Assembly (NCBI GenBank): GCA_913045225.1
Contig: CAJWPC010000004.1
Span: 148,821 to 212,820 of the forward strand
Length of the DNA: 64,000 nt
Direction of reading: 5' to 3'
Source of the DNA: an uncultured Rhodobiaceae bacterium
GTDB lineage: Bacteria > Pseudomonadota > Alphaproteobacteria > Rhizobiales > TMED25
Shown here piece after piece: positions 11,050-21,045 of the stretch. Made by a program: the position numbers and the translations under genes. Every line of letters begins with the position of its first letter. Positions within the stretch are counted from its first letter, which is position 1. The notes under the pieces are model-generated. The model did no database searches and was not told the DNA's origin. It worked only from the letters and a program-made list of their open reading frames with translations.

Positions 11050-11788
11050 GATCCTTATAATTGGAGGGACGTCCGAGAGTAATAAGTTGGCAGACTCTCT
11101 ATCAGACTCTTTTATTACAATACTCTCACTTCAGGGTAATACTGAGAAACCAAGATTAGGCAATTACTTGAGTAGAATTGGTGGTTTCGGTGGTGTAGAA
11201 GGATTGAAGGATTATCTATCAAGTGAACTTATAGATGCGGTTGTTGATGCATCCCATCCATACTCTAAACAAATATCGAACAATGTTTTAGCTGCTACGA
11301 AAGATTTAAATATAAAACTTTACCAATTGCATAGACCGGCTTGGAAAAAAACCCCATTAGACTCTTGGTTTGAGGCTTCGAGTTTTATTGAAGCTAGTTT
11401 TATAACTAACAGTCTTCCAAGAAATTCACGTATTTTCTTAACAATCGGCAAAAAAAATTTAGAAATATTTGAAAAATCTCACAAATGGATGATGGTTAGA
11501 ACCATAGATAAATATCAAAAATTTATTAGTAAAGGAAAGAAGTATATAGTAGGTCGAGGTCCATTTCGTATCGCAAGTGAGCTAATTAACATGCGGAATA
11601 ATAAAATAACTCATCTTGTGACACGTAATAGTGGCAGCGCAGAAACATATGCAAAAATCTACGCCTGTCGAGTACTAAATATACCCATAATAATGATAGG
11701 TAGGGAAAATGATGACGCGGCAAGAAAGAGTTCTTCAATAGAAACTATTAAGACTAATTTACTTGTTCATTTTGGTCTAAATAAGTGA
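11042..11788 (+). CDS. cobK: (cobalt-)precorrin-6A reductase
   Basis: IIGGTSE, GGFGG, DASHPY, RPAW, RGPF. Confidence 0.92.
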   Translation: MHKILIIGGTSESNKLADSLSDSFITILSLQGNTEKPRLGNYLSRIGGFGGVEGLKDYLSSELIDAVVDASHPYSKQISNNVLAATKDLNIKLYQLHRPAWKKTPLDSWFEASSFIEASFITNSLPRNSRIFLTIGKKNLEIFEKSHKWMMVRTIDKYQKFISKGKKYIVGRGPFRIASELINMRNNKITHLVTRNSGSAETYAKIYACRVLNIPIIMIGRENDDAARKSSSIETIKTNLLVHFGLNK

Positions 11789-12522
11789 TTAAAATTTTCG
11801 TCATAAAGTACGCTATTTATATCTGATTTCTTTTTAAAATTCTTTCCAGTAATTATGAGTGCGGTTCTTGTTATTTTTTTTTCTCGAACCTTTGAAGCAA
11901 TATTATCCAATCGATCTAATATAATTTGCTGATCTGGCCAACCTATCCTGTATAGTACTGCAACAAGCGCATCATCTCCTAGAATTGGAGTTAGTTCACG
12001 ATAAATATAATTTAACCTCCTGATCGATAGATGAATAACTAAAGTCGCACCTGTTTTAGCAAAGGTTTTCAGATCTTCACCCTCTGGCATCGGTGTTGAA
12101 CCAAATGAGGTTCTTGTTAGTACTACACTTTGAACTTGACCTGGTGCAGTCAGTTCAGTTTTCAACTGCGCTGCCGCCTCTACATAAGCGGGGATACCAG
12201 GGACTATTTGGAAATCTATATTGTGTTTCTGAAGAAGGTTTATTTGCTCTGATAAAGCTCCATAAACGCTCACATCACCTGAATGAACCCGCGCAACATC
12301 CACATTTAATTCTTTTGCTCTGATATATAATTGTTCGATCTGTTTCATGGTTAGATCTGATGTATCAATTAACTTCGCTTCTTTTGGCACAATTGACAAT
12401 ATTTCCCTCGGTACAAGAGAACCTGCATATAAGCACATTTTAGTTTTACTGAGTATTTTATGCGCCTTTAGCGTGAGTAGATCAGGGTCCCCTGGACCTG
12501 CACCAATAAAAAAAATCCTCAT
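11767..12522 (-). CDS. cobM: precorrin-4 C11-methyltransferase
   Basis: FIGAGPGDPDLLT, YAGSLV, RVHSGD, IHLS. Confidence 0.94.
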   Translation of the reverse strand: MRIFFIGAGPGDPDLLTLKAHKILSKTKMCLYAGSLVPREILSIVPKEAKLIDTSDLTMKQIEQLYIRAKELNVDVARVHSGDVSVYGALSEQINLLQKHNIDFQIVPGIPAYVEAAAQLKTELTAPGQVQSVVLTRTSFGSTPMPEGEDLKTFAKTGATLVIHLSIRRLNYIYRELTPILGDDALVAVLYRIGWPDQQIILDRLDNIASKVREKKITRTALIITGKNFKKKSDINSVLYDENFNHLFRPK

Positions 12523-14321
12523 GCAATACCCCTATTTTTTTCTAATTTATAACCCCTTGGTGTGTATACATTGGTTGACTCTTTGTTTTTCGTGAAGCTC
12601 TTTGTTTGGGATGAACCAATGATTAAAACAGTGAACATATCAATGCTGTCGGATTTAATTTCACGGAGTTTTAAACATTGAATAAATTCTTTTTTTCTTC
12701 CAACATTTTTTGCAATTACAACAGGTGTATCAGATGATCTGACAGATTGAATATGATCTAGTACAGTTTTAAAGAAATACTTTCTCTTGCTGGATGTTGG
12801 GTTATATATGCCCAAAACAAAATCTCCCTTTAGAGCTGCATGGAGCCTGTCTAATATGACGTTTTCTGGAGTTAATAAATTTGATAATGATATTATGCAA
12901 AAATCATTTCCAAATGGCGCCCCAACCTTTGCTGATGCAGCTTGAAATGCTGATATACCTGGTGTCATTTTGATATCAATATCGGTTTCATTTTCTTCAT
13001 TGTCCAAAATCTCATATACGATAGATCCCATAGCAAATATGCCGGGGTCACCTGAACACACTAAAGCCACGTTATTTCCCTGCCTTGCAAGAGAAATAGC
13101 CTTTAACGCCCGCTCCTCTTCTTGTCCAATTGGATAACGATAATACTTTTTATTTCTTCTTTTCTTGATTTGATCAAGGTAACCTGAAAAACCAATATAA
13201 TGGGTTGACTCATCAAGAATATTATTAACCTCGATTGTCCTCCAAGCATCGCTTCCTGGCCCAAGACCAATAATAGACAGCGTCCCATTTTGTGTGCTTG
13301 GAAGGTTTTTTATAACCTGGCGACTACATGCAACTGCACACGTAGCCTCAGCTGATTTATTTTTTTCAACTATCAGCTTGGATGACTTGCCAGCTGCTAC
13401 TAATGCGGCAGCCTCAGCAACACTGTGAGATCCTACGGTCCTAAAAACATACTCGGAAGAATTTGCTAACTGAGGACTTATCTTGTTTAGCTCACTTGCT
13501 TTAAAGTGAATAATTGGTTTATTTAAATATTGACCCAGTTTATTTATTGCACGCTCATTTTTTTTTAAATCTATAGTTGCAATCGCTTTAACGGAGTGAA
13601 TTGATAAGTCTTTCTTTTCAAGTGTATCTAAAACAAGTTTTTTCAATTTGACATAGGATGCGCCTGAAACAGTTCCAATCCCAATGATAAGTTTTTGAGG
13701 TCGATAAACAAGTAATTCTTTATTTGGCTTTATCGATGAATTAATCGAAAATTTGATTTCGAGTTTCGACGAACCGGAAACTCTAATCTTTTTGCTTTTA
13801 AGCCAGCTATATGCAGGCACATTTTTTAATGAACGTCTATCTAGTAGCGCCGAAATGAATTCCTTGTAATTACAATCTGGATCTAATACAAATCCAGGCG
13901 GTGGGTTATCAGGAGAAACTCCTAAAAAAGTATCGCTTTGTGTCGTAATGACTGGCTTAGAATTTAAAATTGTTGCAAGTTTAGTTGCTAATTCATTCGC
14001 CCCAGAATGAGTATCTAATAATGGTACTGTATATTTACCGTCTGGTGATAATGCTACTATGCAAGAACCATTATGTTTTTTTGGAAGCTTTCCCTCCAGC
14101 GATCTTATAATAATTGGTATTGAACAAATTGCTATTATATTAGTTTTTTCTTTTTGAAGTAACTGAATGTGCTTTGCTAGGTTTTTGAATGTGACATCTA
14201 CCTTTGCATCAATGATGTTCAAACCATGAATTTGGCAATTTTCAATTTTTTTTAGGACAAGCACTGCCAGATCCAGGTTGAGTTTCGATACAACAATTAC
14301 AGCTGTCTTTGGATTTTTCAT
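12519..14321 (-). CDS. cobJ: CbiG-CobJ fusion (cobalt-precorrin-5A hydrolase / precorrin-3B C17-methyltransferase)
   Basis: N-terminal CbiG motifs (GANELA, PVITT, SVAEAAAL); C-terminal CobJ motifs (GLGPG, CSGDPGIFAMG, DFCIISLS, YNP, TPRGY). Confidence 0.92.
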   Translation of the reverse strand: MKNPKTAVIVVSKLNLDLAVLVLKKIENCQIHGLNIIDAKVDVTFKNLAKHIQLLQKEKTNIIAICSIPIIIRSLEGKLPKKHNGSCIVALSPDGKYTVPLLDTHSGANELATKLATILNSKPVITTQSDTFLGVSPDNPPPGFVLDPDCNYKEFISALLDRRSLKNVPAYSWLKSKKIRVSGSSKLEIKFSINSSIKPNKELLVYRPQKLIIGIGTVSGASYVKLKKLVLDTLEKKDLSIHSVKAIATIDLKKNERAINKLGQYLNKPIIHFKASELNKISPQLANSSEYVFRTVGSHSVAEAAALVAAGKSSKLIVEKNKSAEATCAVACSRQVIKNLPSTQNGTLSIIGLGPGSDAWRTIEVNNILDESTHYIGFSGYLDQIKKRRNKKYYRYPIGQEEERALKAISLARQGNNVALVCSGDPGIFAMGSIVYEILDNEENETDIDIKMTPGISAFQAASAKVGAPFGNDFCIISLSNLLTPENVILDRLHAALKGDFVLGIYNPTSSKRKYFFKTVLDHIQSVRSSDTPVVIAKNVGRKKEFIQCLKLREIKSDSIDMFTVLIIGSSQTKSFTKNKESTNVYTPRGYKLEKNRGIA

Positions 14322-15013
14322 CAGTTTAACTTATGATTTTTAATTATAATTATTGAGAAGTATTCAATCACCTCATCTGAGATCATACTCAGACGATCAG
14401 AGTATTGGTGCGCTTGGTCGATCTGACTAATATACATAGAAGTCTCTAGTAGACCCAAATCCGTAGCTATTTTTTTTATTTTTTTAAGATGCTTGGCAAC
14501 CTTTATTATTATCGTTGTATTTGACTTGGAAATTTTATCCCTTATAAGAAACTCATCCGTCCCTGCTGTAATTATACTTATTGAGTCATCGCCTTGCCCC
14601 ATGAAATCATCCAGATGGACAAATGCAGACATTATGGATGAAATTCCTGAAACTACCTTTACTTGGTGACTTTCCTTCAATAAGTCTCGGATTGTAATGA
14701 AAGAGCCAAAAAATAGAGGGTCCCCTTCGCATAATACCCCGACATCAACTTGTTTATTTAGATACTCTTTTATTTGGTTCGCAAAGTTTTGATAAGCGGC
14801 CACCTTTGCCTCATTAGGGAATAGAGGAATGTTCATTTCGATCAATTTTGCGTCAGTTCTTATATGTGAACGCGCAATATCCAGAGCGATGCTATTTTTA
14901 CCAAAGGATGGGTAAAAAACGATTTTTAGCTGCTCAAGGATTTCCGTTGCTTTTACAGTTAATAATTTCGGGTCTCCTGGCCCAACTCCAATGCCATAAG
15001 CCTTACCGAGCAT
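14321..15013 (-). CDS. cobI: precorrin-2 C20-methyltransferase
   Basis: MLGKAYGIGVGPGDP, LCEGDPLFFGS, EYFS; start moved from 15079 to ATG 15013. Confidence 0.9.
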   Translation of the reverse strand: MLGKAYGIGVGPGDPKLLTVKATEILEQLKIVFYPSFGKNSIALDIARSHIRTDAKLIEMNIPLFPNEAKVAAYQNFANQIKEYLNKQVDVGVLCEGDPLFFGSFITIRDLLKESHQVKVVSGISSIMSAFVHLDDFMGQGDDSISIITAGTDEFLIRDKISKSNTTIIIKVAKHLKKIKKIATDLGLLETSMYISQIDQAHQYSDRLSMISDEVIEYFSIIIIKNHKLN

Positions 15014-16229
15014 CTGGTCCTTTCTTATATTTCCATTGCGTGACATGCATCTGTTGATCCCATGCATGTAATTTGCCAATTTTTTTTAGGTTAGAGACTG
15101 AATATTTTGATAATTCACCACCATAAACCTTGTACATACCAATCAAGAGGCTCTCAGTTTCAGCTGTAACACCATTTGCTACAATTATTCCTGTCTGCTT
15201 CAAGCAGTCTAATGACTTATTTATAATCTTATCTCCCTTATCTGAAGCAAGACCCCCACCAATAAATATCCTGTCTGGCTTTTCCAATATTTCTAATATA
15301 TCTGGCGCAGATTCGTGTAAGACTGTTATATTTTTGATTGCAAATTTTTTTATATTTTCTCTTATAAAACCAATTCTTTTCTTATTTTGTTCAATCGTAT
15401 ATATTTTTGCAGCATTGTTTATCAATGACCACTCAATGGATATAGATCCAGAACCACCACCAATATCCCACATAATAGAATTATTTAATGGCTCTAATTT
15501 TGAAATCGTTATCGCTCTAATCTCACTTTTTGTGATTTGCCCATCATTTTTATATAATGAGTCAGCTAACCCGACTGAATTTGGATAAAAATTCGTATCT
15601 TTTGAAGTACGAATATCAATAAAAACTGAATTTAAATTAGCACAACTAAAATTATGACAATCTTTGATAATTTTTTTTGTAATTTTCTCGTCATTCCTGC
15701 CAACATTTTCAAAAATATAAATTAAACTACTCTCGAAGTTCAAATCTTTTAATAACTTAATGATTTTAGTTGGAGTATTCTTGTCATGAGATAAAACAAA
15801 TAACTTACTATTTGGCTGTAAATAACTAATTATCGAGTTGAAATCTCTTCCATGAAGGGAGACTGCATCCACATCTTTAATGTTTTGTCCAATTTTTGCG
15901 CAACATAATGATAATATCGAAGGGCTTGGCAATATATCCACTTCGTCGATTGAAAAAAATTCCATAACTAGATTCCCAACACCATAAAAAAGTGGGTCAC
16001 CCGTTGCTAAAATACATATTTTTTTATTCTTTATATTTTTTATCTTCTTGAGATCATTCCTAATATTTTTTGACCATGACTTTTTTTTGATATTTGCGGG
16101 AATATCTTCTAGATGTCTTTCAGCTCCGAATATTAAATCTGCGGAAAAGATTAATTCTTTGTGACTGGTTGGCAATGTATCAATACCTCCAGCGCCTAAT
16201 CCAATTAATTGTATTTTTCTATTTGTCAT
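15003..16229 (-). CDS. cobL: precorrin-6Y C5,15-methyltransferase (decarboxylating), CbiE/CbiT fusion
   Basis: ATGDPLFYGVG, SLHGR, GQITKSEIR, WDIGGGSGS, FIGGG. Confidence 0.92.
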   Translation of the reverse strand: MTNRKIQLIGLGAGGIDTLPTSHKELIFSADLIFGAERHLEDIPANIKKKSWSKNIRNDLKKIKNIKNKKICILATGDPLFYGVGNLVMEFFSIDEVDILPSPSILSLCCAKIGQNIKDVDAVSLHGRDFNSIISYLQPNSKLFVLSHDKNTPTKIIKLLKDLNFESSLIYIFENVGRNDEKITKKIIKDCHNFSCANLNSVFIDIRTSKDTNFYPNSVGLADSLYKNDGQITKSEIRAITISKLEPLNNSIMWDIGGGSGSISIEWSLINNAAKIYTIEQNKKRIGFIRENIKKFAIKNITVLHESAPDILEILEKPDRIFIGGGLASDKGDKIINKSLDCLKQTGIIVANGVTAETESLLIGMYKVYGGELSKYSVSNLKKIGKLHAWDQQMHVTQWKYKKGPDAR

Positions 16230-16854
16230 CAATCAACAAACTTATCGCATTAATTGTTGCTGAGGCCATAGCACTTCCGCCTCGTCTCCCGCGGATAGTT
16301 ATAATATTTAACCCAGTTGATTGATAAAAATTTATAAGCTCCTCTTTCGCTTCAACCGCACCAACGAAGCCCAATGGCATTCCAATGACTAGACTTGGCT
16401 TTATATTGTATTCACTAATTATTTCTAATACCCTGAACAATGCGGTAGGTGCGTTACCAACAACAAGGATAGAGTTAGACATCCCCTCTTTCCAATGCTC
16501 GACCGCAGCAGCTGACCTTGTTGTATTTAATTTTTTTGCTATACCAACAACATCTTCATCGCCAATATGACAGTAAATTCTGCTCAATTTTATATTTTTC
16601 TCAATTATTCCAGCTGCGACCATCTTACTGTCAACGTATATTTTTTCACCCAATTTCATGGCGCCAATTCCACTTTCAATTGCATTCTCAGAAATAAAAA
16701 TATCCTCTACAATTGATACATCACCACAAGAATGTATTATTCTTGTCACTATTTTTTTTTCTTGATCATTAAAGCCTGTTAGATCAACTTCAGATGATAT
16801 AGTATCAAATGACTTTTTATATATTTCAGTGGGCTCTCTTATGTATTGTTGCAT
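16219..16854 (-). CDS. cobH: precorrin-8X methylmutase
   Basis: IYKKSF, RIIHSCG, TRSAAA, GNAPTAL, GFVGAVEAK, GRRGGS. Confidence 0.95.
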   Translation of the reverse strand: MQQYIREPTEIYKKSFDTISSEVDLTGFNDQEKKIVTRIIHSCGDVSIVEDIFISENAIESGIGAMKLGEKIYVDSKMVAAGIIEKNIKLSRIYCHIGDEDVVGIAKKLNTTRSAAAVEHWKEGMSNSILVVGNAPTALFRVLEIISEYNIKPSLVIGMPLGFVGAVEAKEELINFYQSTGLNIITIRGRRGGSAMASATINAISLLIDDK

Positions 16855-16859
16855 GATTT

Positions 16860-17906
16860 CTATTTTTTAAGGGTTACTGGACCTAGTGGATGGTCCGCAT
16901 GCGGGTAGGGATGATGATGAGAATGATCATGGGTGTGATCATGGGTGTGATCATGGGTGTGATCATGGGTGTGACCACGCGATTGACCACCCCCTTCAAC
17001 ATGGTGATGGTGACTTTCTTGAGCCAATCCAACCTCATCCTCAAAACCTAAAACTTGTTCTCGATATTTGCAAAGTTGACAATTCATATTTATGTCACCA
17101 TCAATTACATCAATTACTCTATCACAAAAAGTCTCTACCACTTTTGGATGATCGTTAAGATAGGGCGCTTTTAAAAACTCTATGTTGCTATGAACTTTAC
17201 TTACCTCATCTACGGATTTATATATTCTATCGACAAGGATCCCAGTAAATAAAAAATAGGGGAATACAATAATTCTTTTGTATCCAACCTGAACAATCTT
17301 CTCAAGGGCAGGTGATACGAGTGGAAAAGTAACACCGGAGTAAGCTGTTTCAGCCCAACCAAACCCGATGCCTTCCCATAGTAATCGTGTAATCTTTGAT
17401 ATATTTGAGTTTGCATCCGGATCAGATGCTCCCCTACCAACGACCAAAAGCATCGAGTCATGTTTATCAATCTTTAATTTCGCACTATCAATAGACTCAA
17501 TTATCCTTTCGGATGCCGCCTTGATCATCAGATTATCTATACCCAATTCCCTACTGTATGTGATCTTGAGTTTTGGATATTTGTAGTTGTATGTATTTAG
17601 CACAGACGGTATATCATTTTTAGCATGGCCGGCGGCAAATAACATTGCTGGCAATGCGACTATTTCAGTAACACCAGCCTCTCTTAGTTTATCTAATCCA
17701 TCGCTTATAATAGGCTTTGCAAATTCTAAATAACCAAACTCTATTGGTATATTTGGTAGCAATGTTTTTAATCTGAAAACTAAATTCGCAAATTCAGCTA
17801 CAGCCGGCTCACTGCGGCTTCCATGTCCGCAAAGCATAATACCCCGCTTGGGCTTACCAACATTGAAATAGCTTGCTATTTTTTGTCTCTTTGATTCCGG
17901 TAACAT
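16860..17906 (-). CDS. cbiX: sirohydrochlorin cobaltochelatase CbiX, long form with Fe-S motif and His-rich tail
   Basis: CGHGSR, AAGHAKNDIP, GRGASD, MNCQLCKYR (MxCxxC), His-rich C-terminus. Confidence 0.92.
   Translation of the reverse strand: MLPESKRQKIASYFNVGKPKRGIMLCGHGSRSEPAVAEFANLVFRLKTLLPNIPIEFGYLEFAKPIISDGLDKLREAGVTEIVALPAMLFAAGHAKNDIPSVLNTYNYKYPKLKITYSRELGIDNLMIKAASERIIESIDSAKLKIDKHDSMLLVVGRGASDPDANSNISKITRLLWEGIGFGWAETAYSGVTFPLVSPALEKIVQVGYKRIIVFPYFLFTGILVDRIYKSVDEVSKVHSNIEFLKAPYLNDHPKVVETFCDRVIDVIDGDINMNCQLCKYREQVLGFEDEVGLAQESHHHHVEGGGQSRGHTHDHTHDHTHDHTHDHSHHHPYPHADHPLGPVTLKK
16925..16972. repeat. 12-bp tandem repeat GATCATGGGTGT x4, encoding (HTHD)4 in CbiX
   Basis: Four perfect copies read directly at 16925, 16937, 16949 and 16961. 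Confidence 0.95.
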
Positions 17907-18141
17907 CTTACACCTTCAATAAATATCTTAAGAGCAAATATGGAGAGATTAATATTATTAAGGTCTCTATTTAACTCCCGGCTTGGGTCAGTCTCCAGAG
18001 TAATAATTACTTTTTGTAATACCAACCTTTATATTCTATAAGAATATTTAAAAAAAACCATATATCAATTTATAAATTGGTTATTTTTTTTATTAATTAA
18101 TTCATATATAAATATTCTATACATTTAAATAGAACCCGAGC

Positions 18142-19362
18142 GTGATGCCAAAGGACAGAAATTCAATAGTTGTAAAAATAGGTGGTGTAGCCATTGGTGG
18201 TGGTGAGCCGATTGTCATTCAATCAATGACAAATACAGATACCGCTGATATAAAAAAAACAACTCAACAGATAATTGAATTGTATGAAGAAGGATCAGAA
18301 ATTGTCCGAATAACAGTTGACCGAGAGGAAGCTGCCAAAGCGGTTCCATTTATAAGAGAAGGTTTAGATAAAGCTGGCTATTCTATTCCCTTAGTTGGTG
18401 ATTTTCATTACATCGGTCATAAATTATTAAAAGATTACCCCGATTGTGCGAAGACCTTAGATAAGTACAGGATAAACCCAGGAAATGTTGGCTTTAAAAA
18501 TAAAAAAGATAAGCAGTTTTCTGAAATCATAGAAATAGCGTGTAAAAACGATAAGCCCATAAGAATTGGCGCTAATTGGGGTAGTATTGATCAGGAATTG
18601 TTGACCCTTTTAATGGATGAAAATAACCGAGCTGAAGTGAAAAAAAGCTCAGCCGAAATATTACGCGATGCACTGATTAAATCAGTAATCTATTCCGCGA
18701 GTAGGGCAGAAGAAATTGGAATGGAGAAATCAAAGATAATTCTTTCAGCAAAAGTAAGCAATGTTTCAGAACTTATAAAAGTTTACACAAGCCTAGCAGA
18801 AAAAACTGTATACCCTCTACACCTCGGTCTGACTGAGGCTGGGATGGGTATGAGAGGAATTGTATCCTCAGTCTCGGCACTATCAATTTTAATAAATCAA
18901 AATATTGGTGACACAATAAGAGTATCACTAACACCTAGACCTAACGAAAATCGTATTGAGGAAGTCAAGGTTGCAAAAGAAATACTCCAATCCTTGGGAA
19001 TTAGGGCTTACCGGCCTGATGTTGTTGCATGTCCAGGATGTGGTAGAACAACTTCAACCGTATTTCAAGAACTTGCGATTGATATTGAAAAATATATTGA
19101 GAAAGAAATGCCGAAATGGAGTAAACTTTATGTCGGCGTTGATCAACTAAAGGTTGCTGTTATGGGCTGCATTGTAAATGGACCAGGGGAGTCAAAACAT
19201 GCGAATATTGGGATTTCACTACCTGGGACTGGCGAAGAACCTGCAGCGCCAGTATTTGTTGATGGAAATAAGTTCAAAATACTCAGAGGTAAAAATATAG
19301 CAGATGATTTTAAAAAAATTCTGTATAATTACATCGATGAGAACTATGAAAAAAATATTTAG
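18142..19362 (+). CDS. ispG: 4-hydroxy-3-methylbut-2-en-1-yl diphosphate synthase
   Basis: [40 protein letters not shown]; start GTG 18142 or ATG 18145. Confidence 0.97.
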   Translation: MMPKDRNSIVVKIGGVAIGGGEPIVIQSMTNTDTADIKKTTQQIIELYEEGSEIVRITVDREEAAKAVPFIREGLDKAGYSIPLVGDFHYIGHKLLKDYPDCAKTLDKYRINPGNVGFKNKKDKQFSEIIEIACKNDKPIRIGANWGSIDQELLTLLMDENNRAEVKKSSAEILRDALIKSVIYSASRAEEIGMEKSKIILSAKVSNVSELIKVYTSLAEKTVYPLHLGLTEAGMGMRGIVSSVSALSILINQNIGDTIRVSLTPRPNENRIEEVKVAKEILQSLGIRAYRPDVVACPGCGRTTSTVFQELAIDIEKYIEKEMPKWSKLYVGVDQLKVAVMGCIVNGPGESKHANIGISLPGTGEEPAAPVFVDGNKFKILRGKNIADDFKKILYNYIDENYEKNI

Positions 19363-19370
19363 GCTCAGAA

Positions 19371-20186
19371 ATGTATACTAATAATGAATTAAAATCCGTT
19401 ACCCTAAATACTCTGAGAGATTTAAAATCAAAAGGTGAGAAAATTGCGTGCCTTACAGCCTATGACGCAACTTTTGCAAATTTAGTCGACAAGGCGGGAA
19501 CAGAAATAATTCTTGTTGGTGACTCCCTAGGAATGGTGGTGCAGGGACATAAAACAACGGTACCAGTTAAAATTGAAGATATGATTTATCACACAAAAAT
19601 CGTTGCATCATCGGTGAATTATTCTTTCTTAATTTCTGATATGCCCTTTATGAGTTTTTATAATGCCAATGTTGCCCTTGATAATGCAAAAAGACTGATG
19701 CAGGATGGTGGAGCACAAATGGTAAAATTAGAAGGGAATAGGTCTCAAATAAATATTATTGAAAAGCTAGCGCTTTCAGATATACCGATATGCGCACACA
19801 TTGGATTGAGACCGCAATCAGTAAATAAGATGGGAGGTTATAAAGTTCAGGGCAAGAGTTCAAATGAGGCAAATGCACTCATTCAAGAAGCAAAGAAAAT
19901 AGAGGACTCAGGCGCTGATCTATTACTTCTTGAATGTGTTTCCTCACAAACAGCAAAAGAACTAGCAAGTGAGATATCCATACCAATAATTGGCATCGGC
20001 GCAGGTTTAGAAGTTGATGGGCAAATACTAGTTCTTTACGATATTTTGGGTATTTCTCAAGGTCAATTACCAAAGTTCTCAAAGAATTACATGGATGGAA
20101 ATAACACAATAGAGGATGCAATAAAGCAATACATTCAAGAAGTTAAAACACTAAAATACCCCACAGATAAACACTCGTTCAAATAG
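19371..20186 (+). CDS. panB: 3-methyl-2-oxobutanoate hydroxymethyltransferase
   Basis: LTAYDA, LVGDSLG, DMPF, VKLEG, IGIGAG, DGQILV. Confidence 0.96.
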   Translation: MYTNNELKSVTLNTLRDLKSKGEKIACLTAYDATFANLVDKAGTEIILVGDSLGMVVQGHKTTVPVKIEDMIYHTKIVASSVNYSFLISDMPFMSFYNANVALDNAKRLMQDGGAQMVKLEGNRSQINIIEKLALSDIPICAHIGLRPQSVNKMGGYKVQGKSSNEANALIQEAKKIEDSGADLLLLECVSSQTAKELASEISIPIIGIGAGLEVDGQILVLYDILGISQGQLPKFSKNYMDGNNTIEDAIKQYIQEVKTLKYPTDKHSFK

Positions 20187-20187
20187 A

Positions 20188-21045
20188 ATGCTAATAGTTT
20201 CTGAAAATTTATCAGATTTAAGAGCTGAGGTTCTTTCTTGGAAACAAAATAATGAAGTAGTTGGTTTTGTTCCAACTATGGGAAATCTACATGAAGGACA
20301 TTTAAGTTTAATAAGCAAAATAAGACGGTGCGGCGCGACAAAAACTATTGTTTCCATTTATGTAAATCCAAAACAATTTGGCCCTGAAGAAGACTATTCA
20401 AAATACCCGAGAACTCTTGATGAAGATATTAAGCTACTTAAAAAATTAAATGTTGATTGTGTTTTTTGCCCAAGTGATAAGGAGATTTACCCTCCCAACG
20501 AAAAAAATCTAATCACGACTAATAACCCCAGTCTTATGAACGAGCTATGCGGGCGACAGAGGCCAGGGCATTTTTATGGAGTCCTGTTAGTTGTGAATAA
20601 ATTAATGAACATCGTTCGACCTGACATTGCGATATTTGGGCAGAAAGATTACCAACAATATATTCTTATAAAGGACATGGTCCAGCAACTATTTACATCA
20701 ATTGATATTGTTCTTGCCCCCATTATCAGGGAAAATGATGGTTTAGCAATGTCATCAAGAAATAGCTATCTAAATCCTGATCAGCGCTCAAAAGCGGTAT
20801 ATTTATATGAGTCGCTTGTTAGAGCAAGCAAAAAAATTTATAAAAATGCCGGGGATTATATGTCAATTCTAGATACGGAAATAGAGAGACTCAATAAAGA
20901 CGATTTAAATGTTGATTATTTAGAACTCAGAAAAACCGATAATCTAAGTAATGTTGAAGATTATAAAAATATAAGTGGTCAATATATATTACTTGGCGCA
21001 ATAAGGCTTGGGGAAACAAGATTGATTGATAATATTATTTTATGA
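20188..21045 (+). CDS. panC: pantoate--beta-alanine ligase
   Basis: VPTMGNLHEGH, RPGHF, FGQKDYQQ, GLAMSSRN, RLIDN. Confidence 0.96.
   Translation: MLIVSENLSDLRAEVLSWKQNNEVVGFVPTMGNLHEGHLSLISKIRRCGATKTIVSIYVNPKQFGPEEDYSKYPRTLDEDIKLLKKLNVDCVFCPSDKEIYPPNEKNLITTNNPSLMNELCGRQRPGHFYGVLLVVNKLMNIVRPDIAIFGQKDYQQYILIKDMVQQLFTSIDIVLAPIIRENDGLAMSSRNSYLNPDQRSKAVYLYESLVRASKKIYKNAGDYMSILDTEIERLNKDDLNVDYLELRKTDNLSNVEDYKNISGQYILLGAIRLGETRLIDNIIL

Noticed and set aside
16081-16089. T9 homopolymer in cobL (and a similar run near 6520 in zapE) as a phase-variation site
   Set aside because: Encodes Lys runs in intact frames; expected at this AT content
16925-16972. Possible CRISPR or mobile repeat
   Set aside because: 12-bp head-to-tail units with no spacers, in frame within a CDS; no cas genes
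16886-17158. Plus-strand 90-aa ORF with (DHGC)n repeats that looks like a metal-binding peptide
   Set aside because: Antisense shadow of the CbiX HTHD repeat; fully inside cbiX
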